In this document: positions 36,519 to 50,878 of the stretch, piece by piece
Position numbering within the stretch: position 1 is the first letter of the stretch
How the letters are laid out: each line of letters begins with the position of its first letter
Assembly: GCF_020745735.1 (NCBI RefSeq)
Contig: NC_083412.1
Span: forward strand, 50,719,181-50,783,180
From: Hemiscyllium ocellatum
Taxonomy: Eukaryota
Direction of reading: 5' to 3'
DNA length: 64,000 nucleotides
Notes under the pieces: model-generated
What the model was told of the DNA's origin: nothing
What the model saw: only the letters and a program-made list of their open reading frames with translations
The model's database searches: none
Program-made: the position numbers and the translations under genes

Positions 36519-37214
36519 CTTTGTCACTTTCTCTTCCAGGTGCTAACAGTTTTCCTCCTGAGTCCACTTTTCATTGTCCCCTCTTCTCTGTACTTTTAGG
36601 TCAGCATTCTGGTTCACCCAGGCTCTAGCAGTCATGCCCACTTTCACTCCCAGCCTGCTCAAGATTCCGCCTTCCTACCAATTGAACATAAGCTACCGAT
36701 GTCCCTTCTTCCTTAGAATGAGCTGAGAACAGAGTCCAGGAGAGATTTTCTTGGGGTGAACAAGGAGATGAGGATGTAGAGTTTAAACAAAATGTTAGTA
36801 GTTAAATATTTAGGGACCTGTTACTTGGAAATGATAACGATTTAAAGGGATGGAATGAAAGACTTAATGAAAGGTATTCGATAAGAGTTAAATCCCATTA
36901 TGCTAACAAATGAGTCATCATCGGTGCATGAAAGTAGATACATCTCTCCCTGTGTAACCACGATATTTGTCTAATTAGACAGTGGGGTTATGGGGTTAGG
37001 GGCGTCACTGTTGCAAGTACCATAAAGCAGCATCCTGACTTGATCACTCCCTGACTGAGCAAGTCTAGATGTGGTCTGTTATCGAATGAAGTGGCAATGC
37101 TGCTTGATTCAGTATATGCCTTGTTTGAGGCCATCTACCTTGCTTAGCGTATTGGGAATTTTTTTTCCACATTGTCATTTATGGAATATGGCTTCACTGT
37201 TTTTTGTTTTTATT

Positions 37215-37520
37215 TAGTATTTATTACCAAGCCATAATCATCCAGAGGATAGTTAACAGTCAATTATATTGTTGTGGGTCCAGTCTCAGACTGGCCTGAC
37301 TTGTTAAGGACTGCAGATTTCTTTCCCAAAAGAACATAAGTGAACCCAGAAGGGGTTTTACCACAACCAGCAATGGTTACGTGGTTTCCATTATTTGTGA
37401 GATTCCTATTCCAGATTATATTGAATTCAAATACCACCATCTGCCATAGTGGGTTTTGGACCCATGGCCCCAGAAGCATTCATCTGAAGTTCTGCATTAC
37501 TACTCCGTACTACTCCACTG
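37215..37520 (-). mobile_element. Old tRNA-derived SINE (different family)
   Basis: Degenerate B-box region and the core TTGAATTCAAATACCACCATCTGCCAT, which I recall from shark SINEs. Confidence 0.5.
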
Positions 37521-40500
37521 ATAAGGCTTTTCTCGTCACTCTGTTTGCCTGTAATTGGCTGTCGAGGAAATCTAGTATTGATTAGTTGCTCTGATTATTG
37601 CTACTGAGTCTGCTCTGACAACTCATCAACTTTCCATTTTTCCTTCTTCATCAGCACTAGCTAGGTTCCTCAATAAGTAGTTGGCAAATGATTACCTTCA
37701 TGTGTAAATATCATGACTGGTTGCTTTTGACAGATGGGGACTGGAAACCATTCTAGTGCATGCTCATGAACATTTAGTAACTGTTTACAGAGAGACAGTT
37801 CAGAAAGATACCATTGGAACCCTTTTCCTTCAGATCCAAATTTAATGTTCTCTGACATTATTACTGATGAGCTCTGGCTCTAACTCTAATAGTTATTAAC
37901 CTCTATGGCACAGACCTGACTTTAAGCTCTATATAACCATGGTATCAAAGTAGTTAAAGTGGTTTAGCTGTATCACAGATAGAAAAGAAGCATAACCTGG
38001 AGTTCAGGTCAGAAACTAGATGCAAAACTGTAGATTAGGATGAATTTACACTTTAATTAAGTGCGTGCAATTTATGTATTTTATGTCTTTAAACATGTAC
38101 TGTGCTCACCAAAATAAGAGATGTAATCCTGTGGGATGGCAAAATTTTGTTTTAATACACAAGAAAATGTCCTTCTCTTTTAAGGTGTGATTTATTTAAA
38201 ATCTCCCTAAGCATATAAATGTAATAATAATTATGGTCAGATTGTGAACAATTTTGAGTTCGAACTTTCAAACACCAGGTACAAAATTGAGATTGTGATA
38301 TGCATTTTTGGGGGCATTATATCCATGGGTTTGCTTTCATTCACATCATTGTCAACTGGAATAAACCTATACGAGTCAAAAGAGCCATTGTTTGCCTAAT
38401 GTTGTCCTCAAATTCTCTTCGTCATAAATTATCTCAAAAGTCTATGGGCAGAATCTTTTCTCGGGTGGTGGCCTGAGGGCAGGTGAAGCACTGAGTCAGG
38501 TGAAATGGTGGAAAACCAATCCTACCACCTTCTCACCACTACCAGAATTAGCACAGCACCAAAATACACAGGAGTGAAGTGGACAGGCAGGTCCGTCTTT
38601 GAAATCTACCAGAGTACCAAAGAAAGTTTAACCATGGGGACAACAAATTGAAGAAATTCACTGGTGTAAGTAGAAAGGTCAGAAACACTGATGTCCTGCT
38701 CATCAGGCTGGTTCGCTCCCATTCTTGCTACAGATAAGCTCACTAGGGGACCTGTTAGATTGAAGTGTCAGTGAGGTACATCTGGAACAAATAGAGTGGA
38801 TGCTATGGTTATAAATTTTAGTCAGTTGTTAAAATTAAATCAAAGATTTGCTTTGTGTATAAGCAATGGACAGGCATTGTCTTTGATTATCCAATTTCTA
38901 GGAGGTGTATTTTAAGATGAAGCCTTTTGTGTTCAAATGTTCCAGTTATTTTGGGAAAGAAAGGATATTTGTTGTTAATTTCTGCCTGTTATCTTGTGCC
39001 ATTTTAAGTGCAGGGGTCTGTTGAAAATGAATGTTTTCCTCATGTTGTCACTTTAGGCTGAATGGAGAGTTGCTAATTATTGAAAATATTGATGAATTCT
39101 ACATGAATCTGCTCCTGTTTGTGTCCAAATAACCTATGCATCAATACAACACCAAAGGTATTGGTTAATTTATGATTGTGATACTTAATAGATGAGTCAG
39201 TGAGAATGAATAAAAAGTCCCTCGAAACCAAAGGTAGCCACCAAAATGAATAAAGTAGCCTCTGAGAAAACTCCGAGCAGATCCCTCAGGAAAAAAAAAT
39301 TGTGCCCTGATGTGAAGACCCATGGTTGACACTCCAACTGAGATTCTTAAATGGTCATTTAGGATATCGTAGGGACTTCATCCCATCATTGCTTGGAGTA
39401 ATCTAATATGAACTGGGTTTATGGCCATGTGAATGTCTGATAGGTCACTTGGTGCGGGCACATTATCAGCTAGGAAGGTGGATTATTCCATCGATAGCAA
39501 AAATTTTTGATTGACCACTGAGGGCCAGCTCATTTTTCCTGCTCCTGATCCAACATGCCTTCCTTTCCTCACAACCCCCAAAGTAAGATTCCACCTTCCC
39601 TGTTTTCCTTAGTTCTGGATCCACCATCCTGTACATCCAGAGGTACTTTCCTGGCAGCAGCCATGGCTGCCTCCATGACACTGCTGAATGAAGGACTGGT
39701 CAGCAGCTTTTGTTGGATGGGAATTCTGTCCTTGGGGTTTTGACTTTGAGTGATGGACTGCTGATGACCTAGCCAGTGCCTGTTTGGTATGTGGTTCTGT
39801 GGATCATGACAAGAAAAGGCAGTGGAAAGCTCTAGATGACTTTCCATGTCATTGACACCAAAACAAGATGACAGAATCTCAGAATTGTTACAAAGCAGGC
39901 CATTCAGTCCCATCATGCCTGCATCAGCTCTTCAACTGAACACTGTTTTCACCATATGCTACAGAATCACACAATTAATAAAGATGTTTTAGAAAATATT
40001 TTAACATGCACATGGTAAAGCAACATTGCATGTATCCTTCCTGGCAATAAAAAGACAAATAGCTTTTCTGTCATTATCCCACTCAACAGTTAATTAAAAT
40101 TAGCCAATATTCACAGCAGCACCATACGTCACTAGCACAAAATGTAATATGCTGGAATTTCCAAGGCTTGATAATCACAGACACAGTCTGCTATTCCATT
40201 CTATTTTTTTACACAATGTAAGAGCTCCACATTTCTGACAGGCAATTCAGATCAAGGTTCCCTCAGAATGTACAGCTATACTTCCTTTCTGACAATTCCC
40301 TCACTGTGCCGCACAGTTTGGGGATGGCAAACCCTCCCTCCCCCTTTTCACAGCGTTCGGTTACCATCATACGTGATTTAATGAACCTGCATCTCAGAAC
40401 AGAACATGGAATTTCTGTCACAAGAATGTCATTCAGCCCATCACTTTAGTGCCAGGACTTTGCTAGGGCATGAAAACAAGGTCCCTGGTGCATGCAATTA

Positions 40501-43500
40501 CTAAATCCTTCTGTTTTAAAAAGTCACTTAAATCTATCAGTGATTCCAATTATTTGATCTTCCTTAAACTTTAGTGGTGAATTTATTTCAATTTAATCTT
40601 TGGTCATTCCTTTATAGGCCTTAAACTGTCATGAGGGCTTGGTCTGGAATGAATAAAGAGCAGATTCTGCTTTTACAGAAAAAAAACTCTCCAGAACTAG
40701 CAGAGACCTACTGGGGCTTTGCATCTATAGTTTCATTGGAAAACCAACAGGACATATGAGGAGCTTTAGCTTGTACATTTTGAAGGAATAAAAGAAAAAT
40801 TAAAGGAACTGGTCTTTCATAGTTTCTGTTACCAAAACAAAGACTAATATAGAAAGTGGAAATAAGAGCAGAGTGGGCTGTTTGGCATTTTGAGTCTACT
40901 GCACCATTCAATGTGATTGATGGCCAACCCACTACATAAATCGAAGTGACATGATAATAGCCTAATGACTCAGTTTAGGTTTGCTTCAGGAATTTATGTG
41001 GGAAGAAAGAATTACATTACATGACTTAAATTGAATGTGCTCCATGATTAAACAATTTTCCTTGTGGAATATTGATGGTGCAAATAATATCCAGCCTGTT
41101 ACATAGAACCAATAGATTAATGCCATTGTATTCTTTGATATTTATTAATTAGAATGGCTTTGTTGAAAACGAGGAAAAAATTGTCTTTTTTCTGTTAATA
41201 AATTTGTTTTCCTTCTCTTTTGAATTGACAATGTTGAACTCTCAGTGGAGCATTCCAGTTTCAGGCCAAAGATCACCTTAGCTCTGCATAGGTGTTTATC
41301 TCACTCTCGCTTTTAAATAAACCTAAAAACCAAAGCACTGAAATAATCTTGCCTTAATTGGTATAAGAAATAAGCAATCTAATAATTGGATTAAGATGGG
41401 TTCAATGAATGTTTGATGTTATTTAGTTTCCACTGGTTCAGTAAACCCTTTAACTATCAGGAAATCATGATCTTGTATCTCAGTTGTTCTGTTGTTCTCT
41501 GTTAATGTGAACTATGGGTGATGTAGCTACTCCCAAGATCTTCAAGTTAATTTGAAGTGTGTCAGTTCTTTAAAATCTTTATTTAGAAATGTGATCCCAC
41601 CATTTCAACATTGAGCATCATTTCTGTCCCTGAAGAATTTAGATTTGTCAACTTCTTTTCCTGCATCAAACAATCCATCTCCACTATCTGAACTATAACA
41701 AAGCAATCAGGAGATATACATAAAAGCCTACTAGTGCACGTAATTTTCTACTGTCACAAAATTAGAATTAATCGAATTGCATTGTTCCAGATTCTAAATC
41801 TTGGAAAATGATTCACTGCATGTCATTACAGCTTAAAATTTGCATGAAATCACAGTTTAGCTGGAATAATTTAACAGCAATTAAAAAGCTATTTATTCAT
41901 TCATCATGCAAATCAGCATGATGGACCCCTAGAGTAAGTCTGGCTGATCTTCAACTTAGAGATATGGGAAAAAGAATGAAGCGAGAACCTCACCAGAATT
42001 GTTCCTTTAACTTGACAGCCTTTGCTTTAAAGTGCAGAAGAAGAGAATCATTTAATATAATGTAAACAAGGAGCACAAAATGGAAACTATGTTTCATCTA
42101 TATGACTGACTCTTGCATAAATGAGTCTAAGACAACACATCACATGCTATAAACAGATCAAACAATACTTAAAAACTTCCATTTTGTTTCAATCACACAA
42201 CATGGAACTATGACAAATTTTATTGACCAATGAGTTTTAATTGATCCAATTTAAGATGAGTTTATTATTTTTGATGTTAAAGACTTGGATCTCAGTTCAT
42301 TTCTCATTTATTTGATTTATAATTGATTTCATTGCACCCTAATTACATGCAAGATTCTCTTTCAATATGTTAATAAAACTGATAAATATGTCACATGTGT
42401 CAGTTCATATTTTGGCTTTTCCAGGTTGTAGAATATCCCTGAAAGCAGTGTAACTAACTGCCTACTTTATGCGGGAAACTACAATATCCCCCAAATTCCT
42501 GTCATCACCCGGAAAATCAACAAAATTCATGAATATGCATATTTGTTATTTCCATACATAGACACATATACTTCTATGTAAAAAATCATGCTTTTGTGGG
42601 ACAATCCATTATCTTCACTAATATTCTCTCTTTTTACCAATTAAGTTAAATACAAAATTCAGTTTTATCCTATATTTATGAGGTAATCAGCAAGATAACA
42701 ACGGTAGGCTTGGTTGCAGAATATTTGCTCAGAGGAGTTGTTATTATACGGTTTAAGCTCAGTTTGATATAAACTCACGTCTCTAGCCATAAGATTTTGT
42801 AATTTTGTAGCCAAAGAAACTATCACATGTAGTCTGCCAGTTGTCACTTCTGATAGATTACAGTAAATTTAGAAGGAATCAATTTTAATTTAGATGTGTT
42901 GTTGCTCCTCTAGTTGATCTTCATGTTGGTCAAAAAGTGATCAGTTTATTGTTGCAAGCTATGTCTGTATTCAGGTGAAGAACATAAACTGTTGGATTTT
43001 TCTGAAAGTAATTAAAAGATGCAGTGATGGAGGCTATTCAATGGATACAAAATGGTTGGATTCTCACTGGGTTGTGATAAAGTTCAGGCCTCAAGGCTTT
43101 TCAAGAAGATTAAGATACAATTGAATTAAACACAGTTTATCTATCTGGATTGAAACCAGCTTTGGCAATAGGAAGCAAAGTTTGATTCATCGTTCTATTG
43201 AAGCAGGAGCTACTGCAACTTTGCAAGATTTTAACTTAAATCCCCTATTTATTCACACTACATTAGAACAATAAAGGAGAACCGCCTGTTAATAATTTGG
43301 TAAACCTTACAAAAGATGTGAAGAAGAGTAATGTTTTGACTGTTGGAAAGGCAATTGAAGATGATCAAAATGACCTACACCAGTTAAGTACATGAGTAAA
43401 TTAATAGGAGGGAATATACCCCATTGAAGAAGATTAGATACATCCAATTCAGGAGAATCAGAATGTTCAGTATTAAATATTGACAAAGGATTTGGATATA

Positions 43501-43596
43501 ATTTTTAAGCATAACGCTGTTCCCAAATAATGATGACCAGCTATTGGAACATATCCTTAAAGTATTTGATTAAAATCAATTGTTTTCTCTCTTTAC

Positions 43597-44040
43597 AGCA
43601 TAGACCCATTGAGTCGTATAGCACGAAAACAGACCTTCCGTCCGTGCCATCCAAATTTCCTAAACCAACTAGTCCCATTTACCTGCACTGGATCCACAAT
43701 CTTCTAAACGTTTCCTTTTCATGTAACCGACCAAATATCTTCCAAATGTTGTAACTGTACCTGCATCTACAACTTTCTCTTGCAGTTCATTCCATATACA
43801 AACCACCCTCTGTATGAAAAAGCTGCCCTTCAGGTCCCTTTTAAATTGTTCTCCGCTCATCTTAAAATTATAATTTTATAAACCTCTATAAGGTCATTCC
43901 TCAACCTCCAAGCTCCATTAGAAAAAAGTTCCAGCCTATTCTCCCTATAGCTTAAATCCTCCAGGCCCAGCAAATCCTTGTAAATATTTTCTGCACCCTC
44001 TCCAATTTAATAATATCCTTCATATAGCAGGGCAACCACA
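43597..44040 (-). mobile_element. CR1 LINE 3' fragment
   Basis: Minus ORF FKRDLKGSFFIQRVVCIWNEL plus the tail. Confidence 0.85.
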
Positions 44041-44979
44041 AAGTATTGGTTCCAAAGGGGTTAATGTTCATGTTATATTCGCTCTACCCATTCCACTGAT
44101 GTATTTCATTGGAGACAGGAAGTACTACTATTGTTTTCAGATGGAGTAGATGTACATGGATCAGTACTTTAAGGTCATAGTTATTATGACTGACTAAATA
44201 TATTTGACTTATTGCTGTCATGCAGTAAACCTTCTTGTTGTCTAAGTACAGTGCCTCTTTTGTAGATACTCTACATGATGTATCCTCTGTCACCAGTCAC
44301 TAGATGGGCACAAGGCAAAGCAAAGAAGAATAGATGACCTCAAAATCCTTACCCACTATTACATACTGGTAAATTTGGTAATTACCACAGAACGCTAGCA
44401 GTTCGGAAAACACCAGAGCTGTTAGCCAAGATTTGTCAATTAGCAAAACTTTGGGCATCTTCAATTTCTTTTTAAAAATCTATTCATTTAATTGGGATCT
44501 CAGCCAAAATGTTGTAAAGAAATTTGAGACCTGGGCTTCTCACCTTTGAAGAAAAACTCAAATAATTAAATTTGATTTCACTGCAGAGGAGACTGTAAGC
44601 AAGGGACATATTTTAAGGTTTTACAACAACATGATTGAATGAACTAAAGATTAAAACCAAACTCTTAAAATTAGAAGTGAAGGTACAGCTAAAGAAACAG
44701 TGTACAATATTAATGAACCTCGAGTGAAATTAAAACATGTTTTTTCCTTCTGTACAATACATTTAATAATAGATTATTTATCAGTTTAATAATGGGTTAA
44801 GTATTTTAATTGAATCTGACATTTCACTATCAACTTCACAGTGGCTCTAAAATCCAAATTTCTTTCCTCCACGTGTGGAATTAGTAACTTCTCCTTTGTG
44901 CCTTCATTAAAATGTTTTGTGTAAACTCACCTACTGGCAGCATAGTGGTTAGCCCTGATGGCACACAGCACCAGGGTCG

Positions 44980-45392
44980 ATACATTCAAAATGTAAACTA
45001 GAGAAGGAGCAATACTTGACCTTCTGTTGGGAAATAAGCCAGAGCAAATGACTGAAGTGTCACTTTAGGGCAAGTCATCATAATTCCAATGGTTTTAAAA
45101 TAGTTATAAAAAAGGACAGAACTAATGAAAAAGTTAAAGTTCTAAATTGGAGTAAGGCCAATTTTGATGGTAAATAGACAGAAACTTTCAAAAGTTGATT
45201 GTGGGAGGCTATTTGCAGGTAAAGAGATAGTGAGAAGTGGGAGAGATAAAAATGAGATAACGAGAGTTCAGGGGCAATATGTTCCTGTTAGTGTGAGGGG
45301 CAAGGCTGGTAAATGTAAGGAATGCTAGATGACTGGAGAAATTGAGGATCTGGTCAAGAAAAAGGAGTAGGCATATATAGAGGGATATAAAG

Positions 45393-45428
<36 letters not shown>

Positions 45429-46735
45429 CTGGGATTGAGTGAATCCCTAGAGGAGCATAAGGGCAGCAAGAGGACAAAAAGGGGACATAAGCTAGCATTG
45501 GCAATTAGAGTTCAGAAGAATCCAAAGAGATTTAAAGTACAATAAAGGCAAAGAAGTAACCAGGGACAGAGAAAAGCTCAATGCAGCTATCCGTATGTGG
45601 AACCATAGAAGTTGGGTGGGATATTAAACAAATATTTTGTGAGAGTGTTTATTCTGGAGAAGGACGTGGAAGCTAGGGAAATAAATGGTGATGTCTTGAA
45701 AAGAGTTCATATTGCAAAGAAGGAGGTGCTGGACATCTTGAAATACATAAAGGTGGATAAACCCTTGGGACCTGATCAAGTATTTTCCAGAACTTTATGG
45801 GAAGCTAGGGAAATTATTGCTGGACCCCTTGCTGAGATATTTTGTGTCATCGACAGCCGCAGGTGAAGTGCTAGAAGACTGGAGGTTGTCTAATGTGGTT
45901 GCCACTATTTAAGAAAGGCTGTAAGGAAAAGCCAGTGAACTATACACTAATGAGCCTTGTGTGTTGGGGTAAGTCATTCGAGTAGATTCTGAGGGGCAGC
46001 AATTACTTGCATTTTGAAAGGCAAGGACTGATTAGAGACAGTCAGCATGTCTTTGTTCATGGGAAATTGTGTCTCACTAACTTGATTGAGTTTTTTGAAG
46101 AGGTGACCATGAAAATAGATGAACGCAGCACAGTAGACATTGTCTGTATGGACTCAGTAGAGTGTTCAACAAAGTTAGTGAGGTTAGATCACATGGGAGC
46201 TAACCAGTTGGATACAAAATTGGCTTGAGAGACATATGGTAGTGGTGGAAGGTTGCTTTTTGGCTGTTTTTTGAACTGAAAGCCTGTTACCAGCAGTATG
46301 CTGCAAGGATTGGTGGTGGTTGCATTGCTTTTCATCATATATATATAAATGATTTGGATGTGAATGTAGGAACCATGGTTAAGTTTGTAGATGACACCAA
46401 AATAGGTGGTGTAGTAAACAGTGAAGGAGATTATCTTAGAGTACAATGGGACCTTGATCAGATGGAATTTAGTTTAGATAAATGTGAGGTGTTGCATTTT
46501 GGTAAGGCAAACCAGGGTAGGACTTATTTAGTTAATGATAGGGCCCTAGAGAGTGTTGCGAGAAAAAGAGACCTAGGGGTGCAGTCACAGGTAGACAGGG
46601 TGGTGAAGAAGGTGTTTAGCACGCTCGCCTTCACTGGTCAGAAAATTCAGTATACGATTGGGATGTCATGTTGCGGCTGTACAGGAAGGATGAATTGAAC
46701 TGAAGGGTCTGTTTCTTTGCTGTATGACTATGATT
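44980..46735 (+). mobile_element. CR1 LINE, internally deleted (APE C-terminus to RT to tail)
   Basis: AILDLLLGN, DKPLGPDQ, CLTNLIEFFEEVT, KFVDDTKIGG, and the tail GGGTCTGTTTC...ATGACTATGATTCTA. Confidence 0.88.
45396..45423 (+). repeat. (TA)n microsatellite
   Basis: Perfect TA run inside the LINE. Confidence 0.9.
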
Positions 46736-47857
46736 CTAGGGACATTATTCACAAAGAAAAACACCACAATAAACATTCCTGGTTTCATTTCAATGAGCGT
46801 GTACAGTGAATACTGTGGATTGAAATGATTATCCATAACATCAAACTAGCCCCAACACTGTGCAAGCACAGCTGGTGATGTAACCTGCCTGTGACTGACC
46901 TCCACTGCTGATGTTGACAGGCTGGGGAAGAAGGAGGGCACAAGCGAGGTTGGGTTGATGGAGTGGAGCTTCCCATCCCCAGTTGAACCTACAGAGTAGT
47001 TCTCCTCAGGTACTGTGCTCACCCACCAGAGCATCACAATCCAGCATTTTCCAGCCACCCTGAGATGGATCTTTACAGAATCTGGGTGGGCAAGGGCTGC
47101 TCCCATGCCTCTCCCCTCCCCATCCCTCACCCAGATCCATCTCTTCTTAACAACATTTGCATTCTGTCAGGTTCTCCAGTTCTCAGCTCTGGCAAAGACT
47201 GGACAGTCTTCTCAAGGTGAAATGTGGCTGTCTGTCATTTTGCCTTGTTCTTGGCACTCACGCCTGTTCTCATTTCTGTCTTCAGAAGTTTTATTTTTGT
47301 TATTAAAAGAATCGTTGTACTGTACTACTTTGCATCCCTTTTACTCAGTGTATTTCTTGACTCAAGCTGTACCTTATACTGGTCTATGCTGGATTTTCTC
47401 TTTCTTTATTGTTTCATTGCTGATTTTACTGCCACCTCAACCTTTCAATTTAACTTGGGCTGGTATTGAATTTGCTAATCTTTTATGAAGTGGCTGAATT
47501 CTTCACTCATGAATTGAGGGATTTTTGGTACTTAGCAACATATATTAAAGGCTGTAGCAACTGAAGTCTGTTTTCAAGCATTCTTTAATCTCACTGCTAG
47601 TCATTGACTTCAGTAGATGTAATTCCCAGTAGTCAGAATACTAGTCAATTGGACCAAGATACTTAGTTCCCGCGAGACCAAAGACGTTTAGTGTAAGAGC
47701 AGAAGTAGACAATTCAATCAATTGACTCTATTCTACCATTCAATGAGATCTATCTCAGCCTTGAATATATTAACGACCCAGCCGCTACTTTGCTCTGTAG
47801 TAAAGAATTTTACAGACTCACTGTCTGCTGAGAGAAGAAATTGTTCCTTTTTTAAAA

Positions 47858-48160
47858 GATTAGATTAGATTCCCCACAGTATGGAAACAGGCCCTTCTGC
47901 TCAACAAGTCTACACTGACCCTCTGAAGAGTAACCCACCCAGACCCATTTCCCCCTGACTAATGCACCTAACATCATTGGCAATTTAGCATGGCCAATTC
48001 ACCTGACCTGCACATCTTTTGGAATGTGGGAGGAAACTGGAGCACCCAGAGGAAACCCACGAAGACACTGGGAGAATGTGCAAACTCCACACAGTCATTG
48101 AGGCTGGAATCGAACCCGGGTCCCTGGCACTGTGAGGCAGCAGTGCTAACCACTGTGCTG
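47858..48160 (-). mobile_element. HE1-like V-SINE nested in an old minus-strand CR1 tail (47690-48300)
   Basis: GATTA tail repeats, V-domain, B box (GAATCGAACCC) and head. Confidence 0.85.
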
Positions 48161-49317
48161 CTATCTCTGTTCTAAATTCATAACCCTTTACAATGAGATA
48201 ATGCAGTCTGATCCTGGACTCTCACAAGGAAAGCGATCTCTCCAATGCTACACTCTGAATTCCCCTCCATATCTTATGTTTCAATAAGGTCAACTCTAAG
48301 CTTCATCTATGGTCTGTCTGGGACTTTATGTTTCTTAACTGATTCAAACGTACGCACTCCTAAGGTTTCTTTACAGATAGATGTGGGAGGACGGTTCCTC
48401 TATGGATGAATGTTGAACGAGGGACCACCTATTTGAATCAGATTAGGTGTTTCTTTTGTCTCTCTGAGACTTATGGGACTTTGGAACTCTCTTTGGTAGA
48501 AGCAGAGTCCTTAAATATTTTAATATACAGTCGATAGCTTCTTGTTAAGCAAGGGGTTGAAAGGTTATGGGAGTTAGGCAGGAATGTGGATTTAAGGTTA
48601 CTATTCTTAGGTTGCTCTTCTTAATTGGTATTAATTCTGTTGCTATTTCATAATTTCGCCATCAAGAGTGGAAAATATTCCAAAGCTGTCTCATATTTCC
48701 TCTCATCTCTGTAATAGAAGGGAGCCTTTTTGACTGTCCATATAGTTTGAAGTTACAAACTGCTATGCTTTTTTACTTGCTGCCTCTTTGTGGCTGGTTC
48801 ACTTTCAGCTCTGCAAATCCACAGATATTCAGGTTCATCAGTGATGTGTTTAATGGTTACCCCAGAATACACATAAAGGCACTTATAGCCAAGGTAGAGG
48901 TCACGTGACCACAGCAAGCCTGTACATTATAAATGCATTTATATTTCACCAAACTCATACCAATTAAGCATAATAAACATCATCAGCAACATTGTTTCTG
49001 GTAAGAATGTAAACAGAATATTAACACAAACATTTTTAATAAAATGCACCTTAATTCCAAAGTAATCTGTTTGACTAAATTGAAATGCCAACTAAGAAAT
49101 CTATCTAAAAGATATTGAATAGGCAAAGGGATGCCATGGTACTCTTGGAATGAAGCTTGAACTGTTTATATTTCAATCTGAAATATAAACAACTTTCAAT
49201 CATCTCTCATAGGTGTGATGTTCTAGGTGCTAGTTTAAAACCATTACTTGCAATAGTAAACGAGAACCAACAGATCCAATTTCTAATCCTTAACTGAGAG
49301 CAATGCAATTGTCTGTT

Positions 49318-49745
49318 AATGGCTCAGCAGGTATGCTGTCCCTTCTCAGTGCAAAAGCTATGGCTTATTGCCTCACTCCAAAGATCTAATCTAGGTTGAC
49401 TTTTTAGTGAGGGAGTCCAACATCTTGGAGGTACCATCTTTTGGAATGAAATAGTAAATGCAGGTCCTGTTCATTGTTTCAGATAGATGTTAACAATTCC
49501 ATGTTACTAAACAAATAAAAAAGTTTTCCTAATATCCTGACCTCCCTCTATCTCTCCTCTAGCATAAGCAACAACAGATTAACTGGTTGTATTCCTCATT
49601 GCTGATTGTGGGGCCACGCTGAGTACAAATTGGCTCACATATTTAACTACATTCTAACAGTGACTATATTTCATAAATACTTTAACAGCTGTAAAGCAGC
49701 AAGAGTCATCCTGAGTTATGAAATGTGCAAATTTATTCTTCTTTA
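49318..49745 (+). mobile_element. Degenerate Deu-domain SINE (SacSINE1-like), near full length
   Basis: Head TGGCTCAGCAGGT, then GTGAGGGAGT, CAGATTAACTGG...CATTGCTGATTGTGGG...CAAATTGGC, ACAGTGACTA...CTGTAAAGC. Confidence 0.55.
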
Positions 49746-50769
49746 TACATTCATTTGATTACTGACATCTAAAGGCTGCTTCATTTTAAGATTGGGGAAG
49801 AGCCAAAATGACAGATGTTCTTTACTGACAGTGAAAAGGCTTTAAATGACTGGTACAAAAATTCCCAAATACATTGGTGAGAATGAATACATTTTATATG
49901 TCAAATTATTTTTTATTTCATCTTTGATTTGTGGTTCTCTACTTTCCTTGATCTCCCAATGGGAAGATACTCATTGCTGAAGAATAGACCGGTGTTGGAT
50001 GTTGGAACCAAGCAGAGACCTGTTGCTGCTGACTATGTGGAAATTGACCTGGAATTTGAACCTTTGGTTGGGCCACAAAAGTGTTTGGAATTCTTTGCAA
50101 AGGTCCCCAGCACTGAATTAAAATCAGAGACTCTAATTGGTTCAGATTGACTTACCCAAATAATTACCCAGGAAAAGGTAGAGGAGTTAAGACCAACTCT
50201 GACTCTTGTGGAACTGTTATATTAACTCTTTGACTTCCTGCATCCACACCTTCCACAGACACCCAAAATGCCTTGACCCCCTCAACATCCTCTTCACATT
50301 CCTGCTCCTCCTCACCCTGCTGCCTGAGTCCTTGCTGATACCCTCTTAAACCCACAATTACTTTACTCCCTCCTTATACCTAGCTCATTCTCTATATTTA
50401 CCCACCCTTCTGCAATCACTTTTGGCACCCTCCCTGTCCAACTCACTCTGCCAGGTCTCTATGGTCCCTTGACCAAACTTAATTTCCATGACCTACCTCA
50501 AGCCCTCATCCACTTATGTGCCATGCTGCCCATCTGGCACTCTGGTGCCACACCATTATCACCCTGCCTCTTGCATTACCCACTTACTTGTCATCTTATC
50601 CAACAGTTACCCTCATCCATTAACACCTTACTCACTACCTTACTTCATATACCCACATTGAATCTCCAGAAATCATTCAATAACATGGAACATTAAAATA
50701 AGTAAGGAAAACTAATTACACTCAGGGTATTATTAATGGCATTAAATCTAGGCAATAATGACATTACAG

Positions 50770-50878
50770 CTCCATGACGAAAGCTTGTACTTCCAAATAA
50801 ACCTGTTGGACTATAGCCTGGTGTTGTGTGATTTTTAACTTTGTCCACCCCAGTCCAACACTGGCACCTCCACATCAT
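50770..50878 (+). mobile_element. PLE terminal fragment (same family as 6725-6890)
   Basis: GAAAGCTTGTACTTCCAAATAAACCTGTTGGACTATAGCCTGGTGTTGTGTGATTTTTAACTTTGTCCAC. Confidence 0.7.

Larger units (their letters stand above)
34796..37140 (+). mobile_element. Decayed Gypsy element (possible LTR/PBS, gag, protease, RNase H relics)
   Basis: Possible tRNA-Leu-like PBS TGATGGCAGCAGTGGTGGAT at ~34996. Gag-like YFILRCNTIIDNIRFNECIQEPGGSMDYFINSLYR, protease-like HFKLDSKASV and RNase-H-like LDSGVMGLGASLLQ at ~36975-37016. Confidence 0.6.

Noticed and set aside
47015-47488. 157-aa hydrophobic ORF resembling a membrane protein
   Set aside because: It has a non-ATG start, lies in T-rich repeat-like sequence, and has no recognisable domain or splice context.
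50230-50690. C/T-rich strand-skewed region
   Set aside because: It is low-complexity decayed sequence with no periodicity or family that I can support.
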